A DNA stretch of 62,908 nucleotides, the filler included, from Octopus bimaculoides (taxonomy: Eukaryota): the NCBI RefSeq assembly GCF_001194135.2. It is 3 parts of 3 records of this genome, joined end to end, with 100 filler letters (N's around TTAATTAATTAA, not from the genome) between each part and the next. Parts side by side here need not be neighbours in the genome. Positions count along the whole stretch, not along the records: positions 1 to 29,968 come from NC_068983.1; 2 more parts are not named here. One strand, given 5' to 3'. Positions 12,688 to 24,907 of the stretch are shown here, one piece after another. Every line of letters starts with the position of its first letter. Positions within the stretch are counted from its first letter, which is position 1. Both the position numbers and the translations under genes were made by a program. Below the pieces are notes generated by a model that was given only the letters and a program-made list of their open reading frames with translations, did no database searches and was not told where the DNA came from.

Positions 12688-14460
12688 GCTTTTTTTTTTT
12701 TTACCAAGAATGAGATTAAGTAGGGTCATACACACCTAACTTCCTTGCTACATCCTTCCATCTTTTCTCGAATATACTTCGCGATAGGTGTCTCCTCTCC
12801 AGCCAAATCTTGCTCTTCAGAGGTTATCTGAAGTAATATAGCAAACTAGGGCTGCAGATAAAAGTTCCCGTCGCGACTCCTTTCATTCTAGTTCTCCATA
12901 CACACTCTTCCGACACTGCGACTGTACATAAAAAAACATGCCTCACCTTCCTTTGATAGTCCGGGTGGCGATACAATCTTCATCATGGACTCAGCAGATA
13001 GCTGTATTCTCCCTCGGTGCGACAACACGTGTTCTACATAAATTATCAAGCCCGAAAGCTCCGGACACTGTACTAGAGCATGGAGAACGGTTTCATCGTC
13101 CTGCCTGCACCTTGGGCATGCCGGTGGCACAGACATTCCATGCCTAGACAATTTGTAACGCGCTCCTACAGTACTGCCAGGTCAGGGATTTCTGGTAATT
13201 ATCCAGGTACCCCAGCCTGAAAGTTCTTTTAGAACGAGTGCCTATCGGCACTCCTTTTGCCATTCAGTCGTTTTATGTCTTTTAATGAAGTCGGGTTTGA
13301 GTTCCTCCAAGGAGGCCAGTCGTGGAAAGAATTCCTCCACTAGCGAATTCCACACCTGGTCACCATCTAGATAGAGCCAGAGATGCCTTAGCCTCGGTGC
13401 ATGCCTTTAACGGTTCTTGACAGCAAACAGAGCGTGCCAACTTGCTTAGCCACGAATCAGAGCAAGGGACAACGGTCAGATGGTAGGTGATAACAGATGC
13501 AATACACTCCTGCACCATCTCCGCCCTCCCTTTCAGGGATGGTGCCATTCCAGACCTGATTAAGGCCTCCACTCTGTCTGCCACCTCACTCTAATTCTTC
13601 TCCGTCTGGAAATCCGGTCCGAACCAGACTCCAAGCAACTTAACAGAACCATCCGTCCAGTGCTCCACGACACTGGGCGTTATCGTCTTGCCACTCCAGG
13701 TGCCGAGCCGCAAGCCGATGGACTTGTCCTTGTAAATTTTTGCCCCTGCCACCTCCTCGTATCCTTTGATTGCATCCTCTTTCTTCTTCATCTGCAATGC
13801 CGCCATTTTCTCCTCCATATCATATGTTACGGTTGCCGCTATCCAGAATACCTCGTACCCTGCTGGTATCTCTTCTATTGTAAATTTTGCTGTCCGTATA
13901 CCCAAATACGTGGGTAGTAAGATTATCTCCTCGTTTTTTAAAGTCCTTGTGGATAACTCCTTCGCTGTGTTCTCGTTAGCGAACTGCGCCACCACCTTGT
14001 ACCATGTCCTTGTACCATGTCCGACATATACAGTCTTGTTCCAAATCTGTGCCAAACACCTTTCAATTATTACATTTTGCATGTCATAATTCTTTTTCCT
14101 TTTACGTTACAAGTTTTATAAACTACCGTTTTTGTCGCTAAATTCTGAACAATTTCCTGCGAGGGTAGCAATTTTGTATGATTTCCGTTTTTCTTCACTA
14201 AATTTCGATACTTAAATAATTCCGCCATCATTACCTCTATTTCTATCATATTCCCGCCTACGGCAGCCGAAAAGCTGCTTTGCACTATCAGCTTTTTTTT
14301 TTTCTGGTGCCTTCTTCATCTCTGGGAAATCCTCCCTCGACGTGACGTTAAATTCCATTACAAAATAAATTCCTTCAAAAGGAATTGCTAGAATATTTTT
14401 TGAAAAATAATTTTTGCCAAAAAATGACAAAAATAATATTTTTTTACCCTGCAAGGAGGT
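12688..14460 (-). mobile_element. Internally deleted, decayed L1/Tx1-clade non-LTR retrotransposon
   Basis: C-terminal CCHC finger CPRCRQDDETVLHALVQC (12888-13151). Post-RT segment SLKGRAEMVQECIASVITY (13360-13584). RT tail YEEVAGAKIYKDKS..VKLLGVWFG (13591-13780). ORF1-like fragments upstream. A-rich 3' end (T-run on plus) near 12690. Confidence 0.8.
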
Positions 14461-14819
14461 AAAATATCACAGAGTCCAAAAAGTTCAACAGTAGTTGTTT
14501 CCAATAAATAACAAATTCACAATTTTCTGCCCCGTAGGGCGAAAATTACACTTGACAAATTGATAACAGTTCAAATTAAAAAAAAAAAACAGTGCAATAA
14601 CAAACAGTGTAATAACAAGAAAACATGGGAATAACGTAAAACGAACTCACAAACAAGCAGCAGCAGCCAACACCGAGATGTAGGTTAGAGATGCAGCTCT
14701 GAATTTCTTTATTGCCTATAAGAGCATACACAGAAGGAACAGAATTGATACAAGTAAACGGAAAAGATAATATGTATGTTAAAGTTAAATTAAAGTTACT
14801 TTCTCCACCCATGCCAATT

Positions 14820-15038
14820 CATAAGGGGTGGTTTCCTGGTTTCATGGCGTATATATTCCCACCGGGATAGGACGCTGGTCCATCGCAGGATTACTCATTT
14901 TCAAAAGCTGAGTGAACTGGAGCAACGTGAAATGAAGTGTTTTGCTCAAGAACACAACGCGTTTCCCTGTCCAGGAATCGAAACCACAGTCTTACGCTCA
15001 TGAGTCCAACATGTTTACCACTAAGCCACGAGCCTCCA
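14820..15038 (-). mobile_element. tRNA-derived SINE, family G (B-like core, third type of tail)
   Basis: Core gctgagtgaactggagcaacgtgaaatgaagtgttttgctcaag. Minus head gtggaggctcgtggcttagtggt. Tail tgcgatggaccagcgtcctatcccgg. Confidence 0.8.
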
Positions 15039-15061
15039 CAATACGTGTGTGCGTAAAGCGA

Positions 15062-15270
15062 CGAGGTGGCAGAAACGTTAGCACGCCGGGCGAAATGCTT
15101 AGTAGTATTTCGTCTGTCTTTACGTTCTGAGTTCAAATACCACCGGGGTTGATTTCGCCTTTAATCCTTTCTGGGTCGATAAATTAAGTACCAGTTGCGT
15201 ACTGGGGTCGATCTAATCGACTGCCCCCTCCCCAAAAATTTCGAGTCTTGTGCCTAGAGTAGAAAAGAAT
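15062..15270 (+). mobile_element. tRNA-derived SINE, family D, full length
   Basis: ggtggcagaaacgttagcacgccgggcgaaatgc...gagttcaaatacc, then gcctttaatcctttctgggtcgataaattaagtacc (resembles the Nin/Deu SINE domain), and tail gtgcctagagtagaaaagaa. Confidence 0.9.
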
Positions 15271-15835
15271 GTGTGTGTGTGTATGGGCATGCGTTCCTCT
15301 GTGTGTGTATGTGTGTGTGATTGCGCTACTCTAAACCTGCGTGAGACTGGCATTAAAAAAAAACATTCCACATGATGGTCTCTGTCTGTTTTTTTCATGT
15401 AAAACAAGATGTTATGCTTTCTATGTAAAACCGGAAGAGATAACGATTTTCAACAGATTAACTCAAATAGAACAGACAGGTGGAAGAGAAAGAGATCAAA
15501 CATTCAAATTCTGACATCGTCGTGTTACCGTTGTTGTAGTATTATTTTAATTGGACTGAGATTAACAAATAGAAACTGGTATTACAAGGTTATGGAAACA
15601 AATGTGTAGACGTTTTAATAACGGGAGTGTTTTGAATACCAAAGTATGCATTTATTTGTTTGCTCTTCTACCTAGTTGACTCACCCTTTCACATCATTTC
15701 GCCCGCACACTCTCTTTATCGTTTATTAATTACATATATGTATAGATGCATATAAATATAAAGGGAGATAGAGAGAGCGCGACGTGATATATGATAATTT
15801 TATATATAATTATATATATATGATAATTTTATATA

Positions 15836-15871
<36 letters not shown>

Positions 15872-16057
15872 TATATACATACATACGCATATATATGCAC
15901 ATATACATATTCAAGCAGAAAGAGAAAGTTGACATGATTGTATATAGCTATAACTATATATATATTTATGTATCTACATAATCATGCAACTGTGTATGTG
16001 TGTGTGTATGTGTGTGTGCGTGTATGAGTGTGTGTGAGACTGTAAGTGTAAATATTC

Positions 16058-16645
16058 TTTTCTACTCTAGGCATAAGGCCCGAAAATTTGGGGGAGGGGG
16101 GTAGCCGATTAGATCGACCCCAGTACGTAACTGGTACTGAATATATCGACTCCGAAAGGATGAAAGGTAAAGTCGACCTCGGCGGAATTTGAACTCAGAA
16201 CGTAAAGACAGACGAAATACCGCTAAGCATTTCGCCCGGCGTGCTAACCTTTCTTATTTCTTTATTGCCCACAAGGGGCTAAACATAAAGGGGACAAACA
16301 AAGGGATTATGTCGATTACATCGATCCCAGTGCATAACTGGTATTTAATTTATCGACCTCGAAAGGATAAAAGGTAAAGTCGACCTCGGTGGAATTTGAA
16401 CTCAGAACCTAACGGCAGACGAAATACCACTAAGCATTTCGCCCGGCACAAGGCCCGAAATTTTGGGGAAGGGGGCTAATCGATTAGAGCGACTCCAGTA
16501 CGCAACTGGTACCTAATTTATCGACCCCGAAAGAATGAAAAGCAAAATCGACCTCGGCGGAATTTGAACTCAGAATGTAAAGACAGACGAACTACTGCAA
16601 AACATTGCGCCCGGTATGCTAACGTTTCTGCCAGCTCGCCGCCTT
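16058..16645 (-). mobile_element. Cluster of three family D SINEs, tandem or nested
   Basis: gtcgacctcgg.ggaatttgaactcagaa occurs three times (about 16172, 16378, 16547), each followed by ctaagcatttcgcccgg or a variant. Confidence 0.88.
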
Positions 16646-16646
16646 A

Positions 16647-16683
<37 letters not shown>

Positions 16684-18026
16684 ATTAAATACTTTATGTT
16701 TGTATTGTGACGACTTAATCTTCTGTTGGTTTTGGCACGAAACTTCGTATTTCGTTATTTAACAAGGTTTCTCTTTGAATTTCTTTCTATGTATCTGTCT
16801 GTTTCGAGACATAAGCATACATACATTCATGCATTTACACACAGTCGCATATATGCATATACATTTACAGATTTACATTCACAACAATGTTTTATGTATT
16901 TATACAAACATGTGTCTATGTATCATTTCGTGTACGTGTCTCTGATGCAAATATGGAATAATGGGATATGAATTTACACAAGCTACTCGATATCCTGTGC
17001 TGTGCAGATTTCTCACCAAATCTGAGATGCTGTCTTTCTCAGCATTTAAATCTAGTTAAAATACACAATAAAATACAAAGTAATTTCAACAGCGTTTGGT
17101 GTTATTTTATTTCGTCCGTGTTTCTTATACGCTCTCTATATTTTATCATTTTACATATAGTATGAAAGCCTGGATTTGTACACGATACGCTACTAAACTT
17201 TACACTCTCTAATTTGTATATTAGCAGAGAATAAGAAATATAGTAAGTGAACTTAACTGTAATGGCACCAAGACGTATGGCAAATTCTTCTGGAGATGAA
17301 TTGTATAAAAGGTTGTTCATTCGAACTTTAAAAGCTATTTTTTAATTATTTACATTCAAAGATTTATAAATGTGAAAATAAACCTGGAAATTCTTCTCCA
17401 GGGAATATAATGAGAGAATTTACTTCAGTGCAAGAAATATAATACGTTTGGAAAATTGTAATTGTCAGATAATAAAACGTAATGTTTAAACAATAAAATT
17501 GTTAATAACAACAATATCATTGAAAAAACTACTTCAGAGGCGACCTCTGTATGCTCAGTAAAAAATACGACAGTGTTTTATGCATGTAATATAATGATTA
17601 ACTATGATTGCCCATATAATTAGTAAACTAAAAGAAGCTGGAAGAGTGCTTAAACTTTAAACGCAGTTGAAGTAATAAAAGTGCTTAAACTTTTATTACA
17701 TTGCTGTAATAAAAGTGATAATCGAAATTCTTTAAATGTAATGAAATTCCAGTGCGGCAGTAGATATATTTAAAGCAAACTGTTGAAAGCAACAGACACG
17801 TGTCAACATTATTGAACCTCCTTTAGGAAGTGTGTTCTACTCGGCACGACTAAGGAAGTGTGTGTGTCTATGTGCCCGTGTATACATGTATATATATATA
17901 TATATATATAGCTGTTTAATGTTAATATCGCTTTGCTGCTACTAATATTTTAGATTTGCCGCTGATAATGATAATAATAAACATCTTTACGAGTCTTTAT
18001 TTTGAATATTTACTCATTATTACACA

Positions 18027-18129
<103 letters not shown>

Positions 18130-18133
18130 GGAG

Positions 18134-18300
18134 ATGCGCAGGAGTTACTGTATGGAAAGATGCTGGCTTACCAAACACATGGTTCCAGGTTCAGTTCTAT
18201 TGAGTGACAATTTGGGCGAGTGTTTTCTACTATAGCCTCGCGCCTACGAAGACCTAGTGAGTGGATTTGGTAGATGGAAACTGAAAGAAGCCTGTCGCAT
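18134..18300 (+). mobile_element. Family A SINE 5' half
   Basis: gcgcaggagttactgtatgg...ttctactatagcctcg...gtggatttggtagatggaaactgaaagaagcc. Confidence 0.8.
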
Positions 18301-18310
18301 ATATATGTGA

Positions 18311-18346
<36 letters not shown>

Positions 18347-19784
18347 TAAAGCATTTATCCATACATATCTATAAGTGTACAGTCACAACATACTGTAATA
18401 AGTATACAATTAATTTACATGTACATAATTAAAATATAGGTTGTTTGAAATCATAAATATATGGTAACACACGCCATTTACTGTTGGTCATTCATATCTA
18501 AGAACGCAACCTCTCAACGTCTTCGTTTTACTTCTTATGTTCTACTTATTTATCGTTTTGGGGCAAGAAAACAAGATTGAAAGTTTGGACGACCTCGAAG
18601 GTTTCTTTATGCTTGGACGCAAACAACTACATTTGAGGGGTGAGGGTGGAATTGTTGATATTTGTATAATACATACATGCATGAAATTTAGCACATAAAT
18701 ACATATGCATGCATCTAGACATAAAAACGCATCCATAAAACAAACATACAAATCTGCGCATACACTAAAACCAAATACTGCACACACACACATATGCACA
18801 AATACCTAGATGATGTTGATAAAAGTTCCAATGAAGGAACCTTGAATCTATGTTAGAGTCCGGCTCTTTCTCTATGGACAAGAAATACAGAAATGAAACT
18901 GATTGATAACATACATACATACATACATGAGCAGTATATATGAGCATGTCTAGATATGCAACTATATGCATGAGAATACATANNNNNNNNNNNNNNNNNN
19001 NNNNNNNNNNNNNNNNNNNNNNNNNNNNNNNNNNNNNNNNNNNNNNNNNNNNNNNNNNNNNNNNNNNNNNNNNNNNNNNNNNTATATATATATATGCGTA
19101 TGCATAAAAACTTGCATGGATTGTGCATACACAAACACACATTCATATGTTCAAAATTAACGACGAGTAAAACGGCAGAGTTATAATTATTAATTTGACG
19201 CACAGTGAAGAAATATGAAAGTAGAAATATCTTAGTCACCTCGAGATAACGGTCTTATCGAGAAAGTTAGATTGTTAAACGAAAGAAAGGAAAGCAGGAG
19301 TGGTAGTAAAATTTGTGTAGAATTGTGTCAAATAACGTTGCAAATCGCAGAGTTCCAACGACCGGAAGTGACTTGCAGAAATGAAGTTTCTTAGTAAAAA
19401 GACTAGCATGAGTGGTATCTGTATGTGTGTGTAGTGATAATGTGGGCCATGGAGTGTTGTGTGTTTGTGTGTATGTGTGTGTGCGTATGCGTATGCGCAT
19501 GTACGTGCCCGTGTGCATATGTGTTGGTTGTTGTAAATATGTGTGTATGTATTTATCGTGTTGTGTTCTTACTTTTCAAGCAAGTACTTGCGTATATACA
19601 CACACGCGTGTGTATATACACACACATACGCATACACACACACATATATGTGTGTGCGCGCGCGCATGTATGTACATACACATACACATACATATATGTG
19701 TGTGTGTGTCTGTGTCTGTGTGTGTATATATACATATATATAAATATGATTAATCGCTGACCAAACACCATTCAATGTGACGCC

Positions 19785-19831
<47 letters not shown>

Positions 19832-20032
19832 GCACGCACACACATATACACACATACGAATTGTGTATATATACATCCATATATATATACACAAACGTAC
19901 GTATATCAATACGCAAATCAGATGCGTTTGTATNNNNNNNNNNNNNNNNNNNNNNNNNNNNNNNNNNNNNNNNNNNNNNNNNNNNNNNNNNNNNNNNNNN
20001 NNNNNNNNNNNNNNNNNNNNNNNNNNNNNNNN

Positions 20033-20064
<32 letters not shown>

Positions 20065-21719
20065 TTGTATATATTCGTACATTTGTACTATGTGTATACA
20101 CAAAAGCACACATGCATATACGTACATGCAAATATGCATATACGCACATACGATGGACTTCATAAGTTAACAGATGGATATAAACTCGGGCGCGCACATC
20201 CGCTCTTCCCCACACCCTGAGAACAGGAACGACCAAGTCAATAGGTTATCGAGCAACATATATTACTATACACACACATACACACACATACACACACATA
20301 CATGCAGATACACACAGATCCACACACATATGTAAATACATTTTGATACACCTCTACATATCTACTACAGGAGTGTGTTGATTATTGAAGCATATGCAAT
20401 TACCATGAAGTTAATAAGCCATTCCATGAAGAATTCAGATACAGAATTGCGATAAGAGTAGATACGTACTTCTCCCAAAGTATCTAAACATTTCGTATAT
20501 TTTAGCCTAAATACATAAACAAATGAATCAACAAATACTTTGTTGCAAAACTTTTCACGCGTTTCACGGTTACTAAATATTTACGCTCAGATACAAAGGT
20601 AGATATAGAACAAACCTGAAGACAAGAAATCTCAAATGTGAATGTATTTGAATTTAATTATAACTAAAATCTCTCTCAAGAGTTTTTGTCTATCATCGTG
20701 TATTTAAAGTTAGATACAAATTAAATAGCATCGAGACGAATTCATCATCCTTAGAAGCATGAGTAGCCGTTATCTAAATAGTTACTACAGCTCATTGGTA
20801 GAGTCGTTAAAGCGTTAGGCACATATCTTTGCTGCATCTGTTCTTCTCTCTGTGCTTTGAGTTCAAATTCTGTCGAGACCGATTTTGTGTTGCATTTTTC
20901 TAGGTCCGATAAAAACGTACTAATACTTGGCGAGGGATTGGCATTTTGCCCAGATTAACACAAAACTAATTACAGAGCAAGCTTCCAAATTACCTTCAGA
21001 TCTCGACTAAAATAATCCTTATGGATGGTAGAGTTAATCCGTCACCCGATTTAATACCATCACCTGGTAATTTGGATGCCTTTAGCAGAGTTGACTGCAT
21101 TTGCAAGTATCGAACCATTTCTCCGGTGTGATGTTATCTCCCTTCCTAACTCCACCACCCCACTGGTCTTAGAAGCCATCTAAAGGGTTATAAGTATAGC
21201 AGTTCCTTCAGACTAAAAAGTATAAAAACAAAAGTGGATTATGCAAGAACCATAAACAATTTATGCATAAACATTATTGTGCATTTATGCAGAGGTTTAA
21301 CACGTCACGAACACTCGCAAAAATCCCGCAACCTTGTTGATAATCATTTTAACAGGAACCCGTTTATTACACTACGCTTAAATCCCTCTACTTGCCAATT
21401 AAAGGGTTTAGCAGAGACCAGTTTGTAGCATTACCTGGGCGATAAGGGCTTCAGTGGAGACCAATCGGTTGCAGTCCTTCAAGTTAGATCTTCGGTGTGA
21501 GAATTACTTTTCGTTGTTCTCTTCCTCATCTCATCTTGGAAGCTTAGAAAGTAGATCATGAATATTACATTTCTTCAAGAGATTAAGCCATAAAACAAAG
21601 GAAAGAAAAACATCGTGAACTTGATGAAAATCACAAAAGTCCTAAAGATAAGTAAAATATATTTTCAAATGCAAGGTATTTCATGTAAGTGGACCTTTGG
21701 ATTCATTTCATTAATAATC

Positions 21720-21877
21720 TGAATTTTTACATTATTTACATTATTTACCTTTGACGGATATTTGTTAACACAAGGTTTCGGCTGATATACCCTCCAGCCT
21801 TCATCAGGTGTCTTGGGGAAAATTTTGAACCTGGGTTCTCATTCCTAAGGTATTTTTAGATGTTGTTGTTGTTGTTG

Positions 21878-21952
<75 letters not shown>

Positions 21953-22025
21953 TCACTGCCTGAAATTCAACTCAGAATCTTGGGGTTAGTAGCCCGAGCT
22001 CTTAACAACTACGCCATATGCTCGT
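21720..22025 (-). mobile_element. tRNA-headed SINE containing an (AAT)n tract and a hammerhead ribozyme motif
   Basis: Minus strand reads: A-box-like tggcgtagttgtt, anticodon-like arm gggctactaacccc, degenerate B box gagttgaatttc, (taa)n, body, HHR core, and tail (tgtaaataa)n. Confidence 0.75.
21767..21812 (-). ncRNA. Minimal type I hammerhead ribozyme motif
   Basis: Minus RNA GACAC-CUGAUGA-A-GGCUG-GAGGGUAUAU-CAGCC-GAAA-CC-UU-GUGUU. Conserved boxes, perfect 5-bp stem II, stem I GACAC/GUGUU. Stem III is one base away from the palindrome AACGUU. Confidence 0.75.
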
Positions 22026-22416
22026 GGCCATATACGTCTAATGTAAATAATGTAAATAATGTACACAATTCCTCATCTCTTAAATATAGAACTGTATTAT
22101 CTGAATTTTTATTTATCACGATTTAATTACAAGGAAACAAGGACACACACAAAAAGAAAAAAAACGGTTGGGGCTAATGATGGAAGGAAAGGGAGTTACG
22201 AACCGTACACCCCAGAATAAATGGCGTGTTCGGCTGCGTCCCGAGGTTATGACCAGTGACATTCATTGCAGAAGTCACTCCAAATCGAGGGGCTCGATTT
22301 TAAGACAAAACACAAACTAACAATAGAAGGAACAACGAAAATAGCTTTGCAGACATCGACGTATACTTTGATAGTTACATCAACAACGCTGTTTCTTGAC
22401 TTGGGTGGCATTTGAA

Positions 22417-22799
22417 TTGTTGTTGTTGGCACTCCGTCGCTTACGACGTCGTGGGTTGCAGTTGATCCGATCAACGGAACACCCTGCTCGTGAAATTAAC
22501 GTGCAAGTGGCTGAGCACTCCACAGACACGTGTACCCTTAACGTAGTTCTCGGGGATATTCAGCGTGACACAGTGTGACAAGGCTGACCCTTTGAATTAC
22601 AGGCACAACAGAAACAGGAAGTAAGAGAAAGTTGTGGTGAAAGAATACAGCAGGGTTCGCCACCATCCCCTGCCGGAGCCTCGTGGAGCTTTAGGTGTTT
22701 TCGCTCAATAAACACTCACAACGCTCGGTCTGGGAATCGAAAGCGCGATCCTATGACCGCGAGTCCACTGCCCTAACAACTGGGCCATTGCGCCTCCAC
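22417..22799 (-). mobile_element. Family C SINE, full length, with TSD
   Basis: Reverse complement of 3732-4124. catttgaa at 22409-22416 and 22802-22809. Confidence 0.92.
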
Positions 22800-23134
22800 G
22801 ACATTTGAACTGAAAAGGACGAAATGCCGTTAAGCTATTCTTACAATGGGGGCTAACGATTCTGCTAGCCGGTCAGCTTTAATGGTTTCCGATTCATGCA
22901 CGAAGTTGGTCGATTGAGTCAACATCAGCACTTGGCTGGTATTTTATCTTGTCGAGCACGTAAGGCTCAGGGCTAAAAGGCAGAGTAGACCCCAACGTGA
23001 TTTGAACAGCAAAGAGCTGGAGGAAACAAAGCAACGTATATACGCATATGCACATGTTTACATGCATACATACATACATACATACATACATACACACTCA
23101 CACATTCTCATATATACCAGTGTGTATGTGTGTG

Positions 23135-23175
<41 letters not shown>

Positions 23176-23664
23176 GCATATGTGATGAAGATATATACAT
23201 TCTGTAATTACATATACTATACACACACACACACACACACTCATACATACACACACACATATATATGTGTGTGCATGTGTGCGTGCGTGCGTGTGGATAC
23301 ATAGATTTTACCTCATTAGTTAACAGACGTGTACATCCGCATGAGAACATGAAATGACCAAGTCAATAGGTTACCGAACGGTATTAGTATTTACGCATAT
23401 ATACATATTTAAATACAAGCTTATACTTATATACCTATACGTATATAAATGTATTATACATACTGATTACAGAGATGAACTGGTTATTCAGGCGTATGCA
23501 ATTATCATGAAGTTAATAAACCATCCCATAAAGAACTGAGCTACACAATTCCAATAAGATTACTTTTCCCAAAGTAGCTACACATTTCATAAACTTTAGT
23601 GTAAGTACATAGACAAACAACTCAAAGAAGATGTATATGCATACACGCACAGGTACACGCACAG

Positions 23665-23774
<110 letters not shown>

Positions 23775-24907
23775 GTTCGCTACTTTACCAACAGCAAATA
23801 CACTGACCGTATTCTATAAACATTGACCGAAACACTATTGAAACCAAACTGCCTGTCAGACAATTATTACGCTAAGTATGTTATATGCGTAATTTCATGA
23901 TAGCTCAATGATAAATTCATAGGAATACAACTAGTTAAGGCTGACGGTTGTCACAGACAAATAATATTTAGCATAACATTTAAGTTAATGTGATAGATTT
24001 GTACGTTTCGTATGTGGCCGATGTACCATAATTCTGGTTTCCTCAGGTTTTAATTTACACAAATTTTATTCCGTCTACTAGACAGTTTAATACGATGCTG
24101 ATATTAATCTTTTTATCAGCTACAACTATATTACTATTATTAGAATAAAATTTTTTCACCTTTGCTATCTATAGACTTATTGCTAAGTATATATATATAT
24201 ATNNNNNNNNNNNNNNNNNNNNNNNNNNNNNNNNNNNNNNNNNNNNNNNNNNNNNNNNNNNNNNNNNNNNNNNNNNNNNNNNNNNNNNNNNNNNNNNNNN
24301 NNNNNNNNNNNNNNNNNNNNNNNNNNNNNNNNNNNNNNNNNNNNNNNNNNNNNNNNNNNNNNNNNNNNNNNNNNNNNNNNNNNNNNNNNNNNNNNNNNNN
24401 NNNNNNNNNNNNNNNNNNNNNNNNNNNNNNNNNNNNNNNNNNNNNNNNNNNNNNNNNNNNNNNNNNNNNNNNNNNNNNNNNNNNNNNNNNNNNNNNNNNN
24501 NNNNNNNNNNNNNNNNNNNNNNNNNNNNNNNNNNNNNNNNNNNNNNNNNNNNNNNNNNNNNNNNNNNNNNNNNNNNNNNNNNNNNNNNNNNNNNNNNNNN
24601 NNNNNNNNNNNNNNNNNNNNNNNNNNNNNNNNNNNNNNNNNNNNNNNNNNNNNNNNNNNNNNNNNNNNNNNNNNNNNNNNNNNNNNNNNNNNNNNNNNNN
24701 NNNNNNNNNNNNNNNNNNNNNNNNNNNNNNNNNNNNNNNNNNNNNNNNNNNNNNNNNNNNNNNNNNNNNNNNNNNNNNNNNNNNNNNNNNNNNNNNNNNN
24801 NNNNNNNNNNNNNNNTAAAAATACTTTAACATTAAACTAAAGAATTATTCAGTGTTTTTTGTAAAGTACATATTTCTTATACTTTTACATAAGTAAGTGT
24901 TTAATAT

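Noticed and set aside
17262-17345. MAPRRMANSSGDELYK... as a transposase start
   Set aside because: It stops after about 27 codons, and I could not find matching TIRs or catalytic motifs.
19340-19385. ETS-like site accggaagtg as a promoter
   Set aside because: A single short motif with no other promoter evidence.
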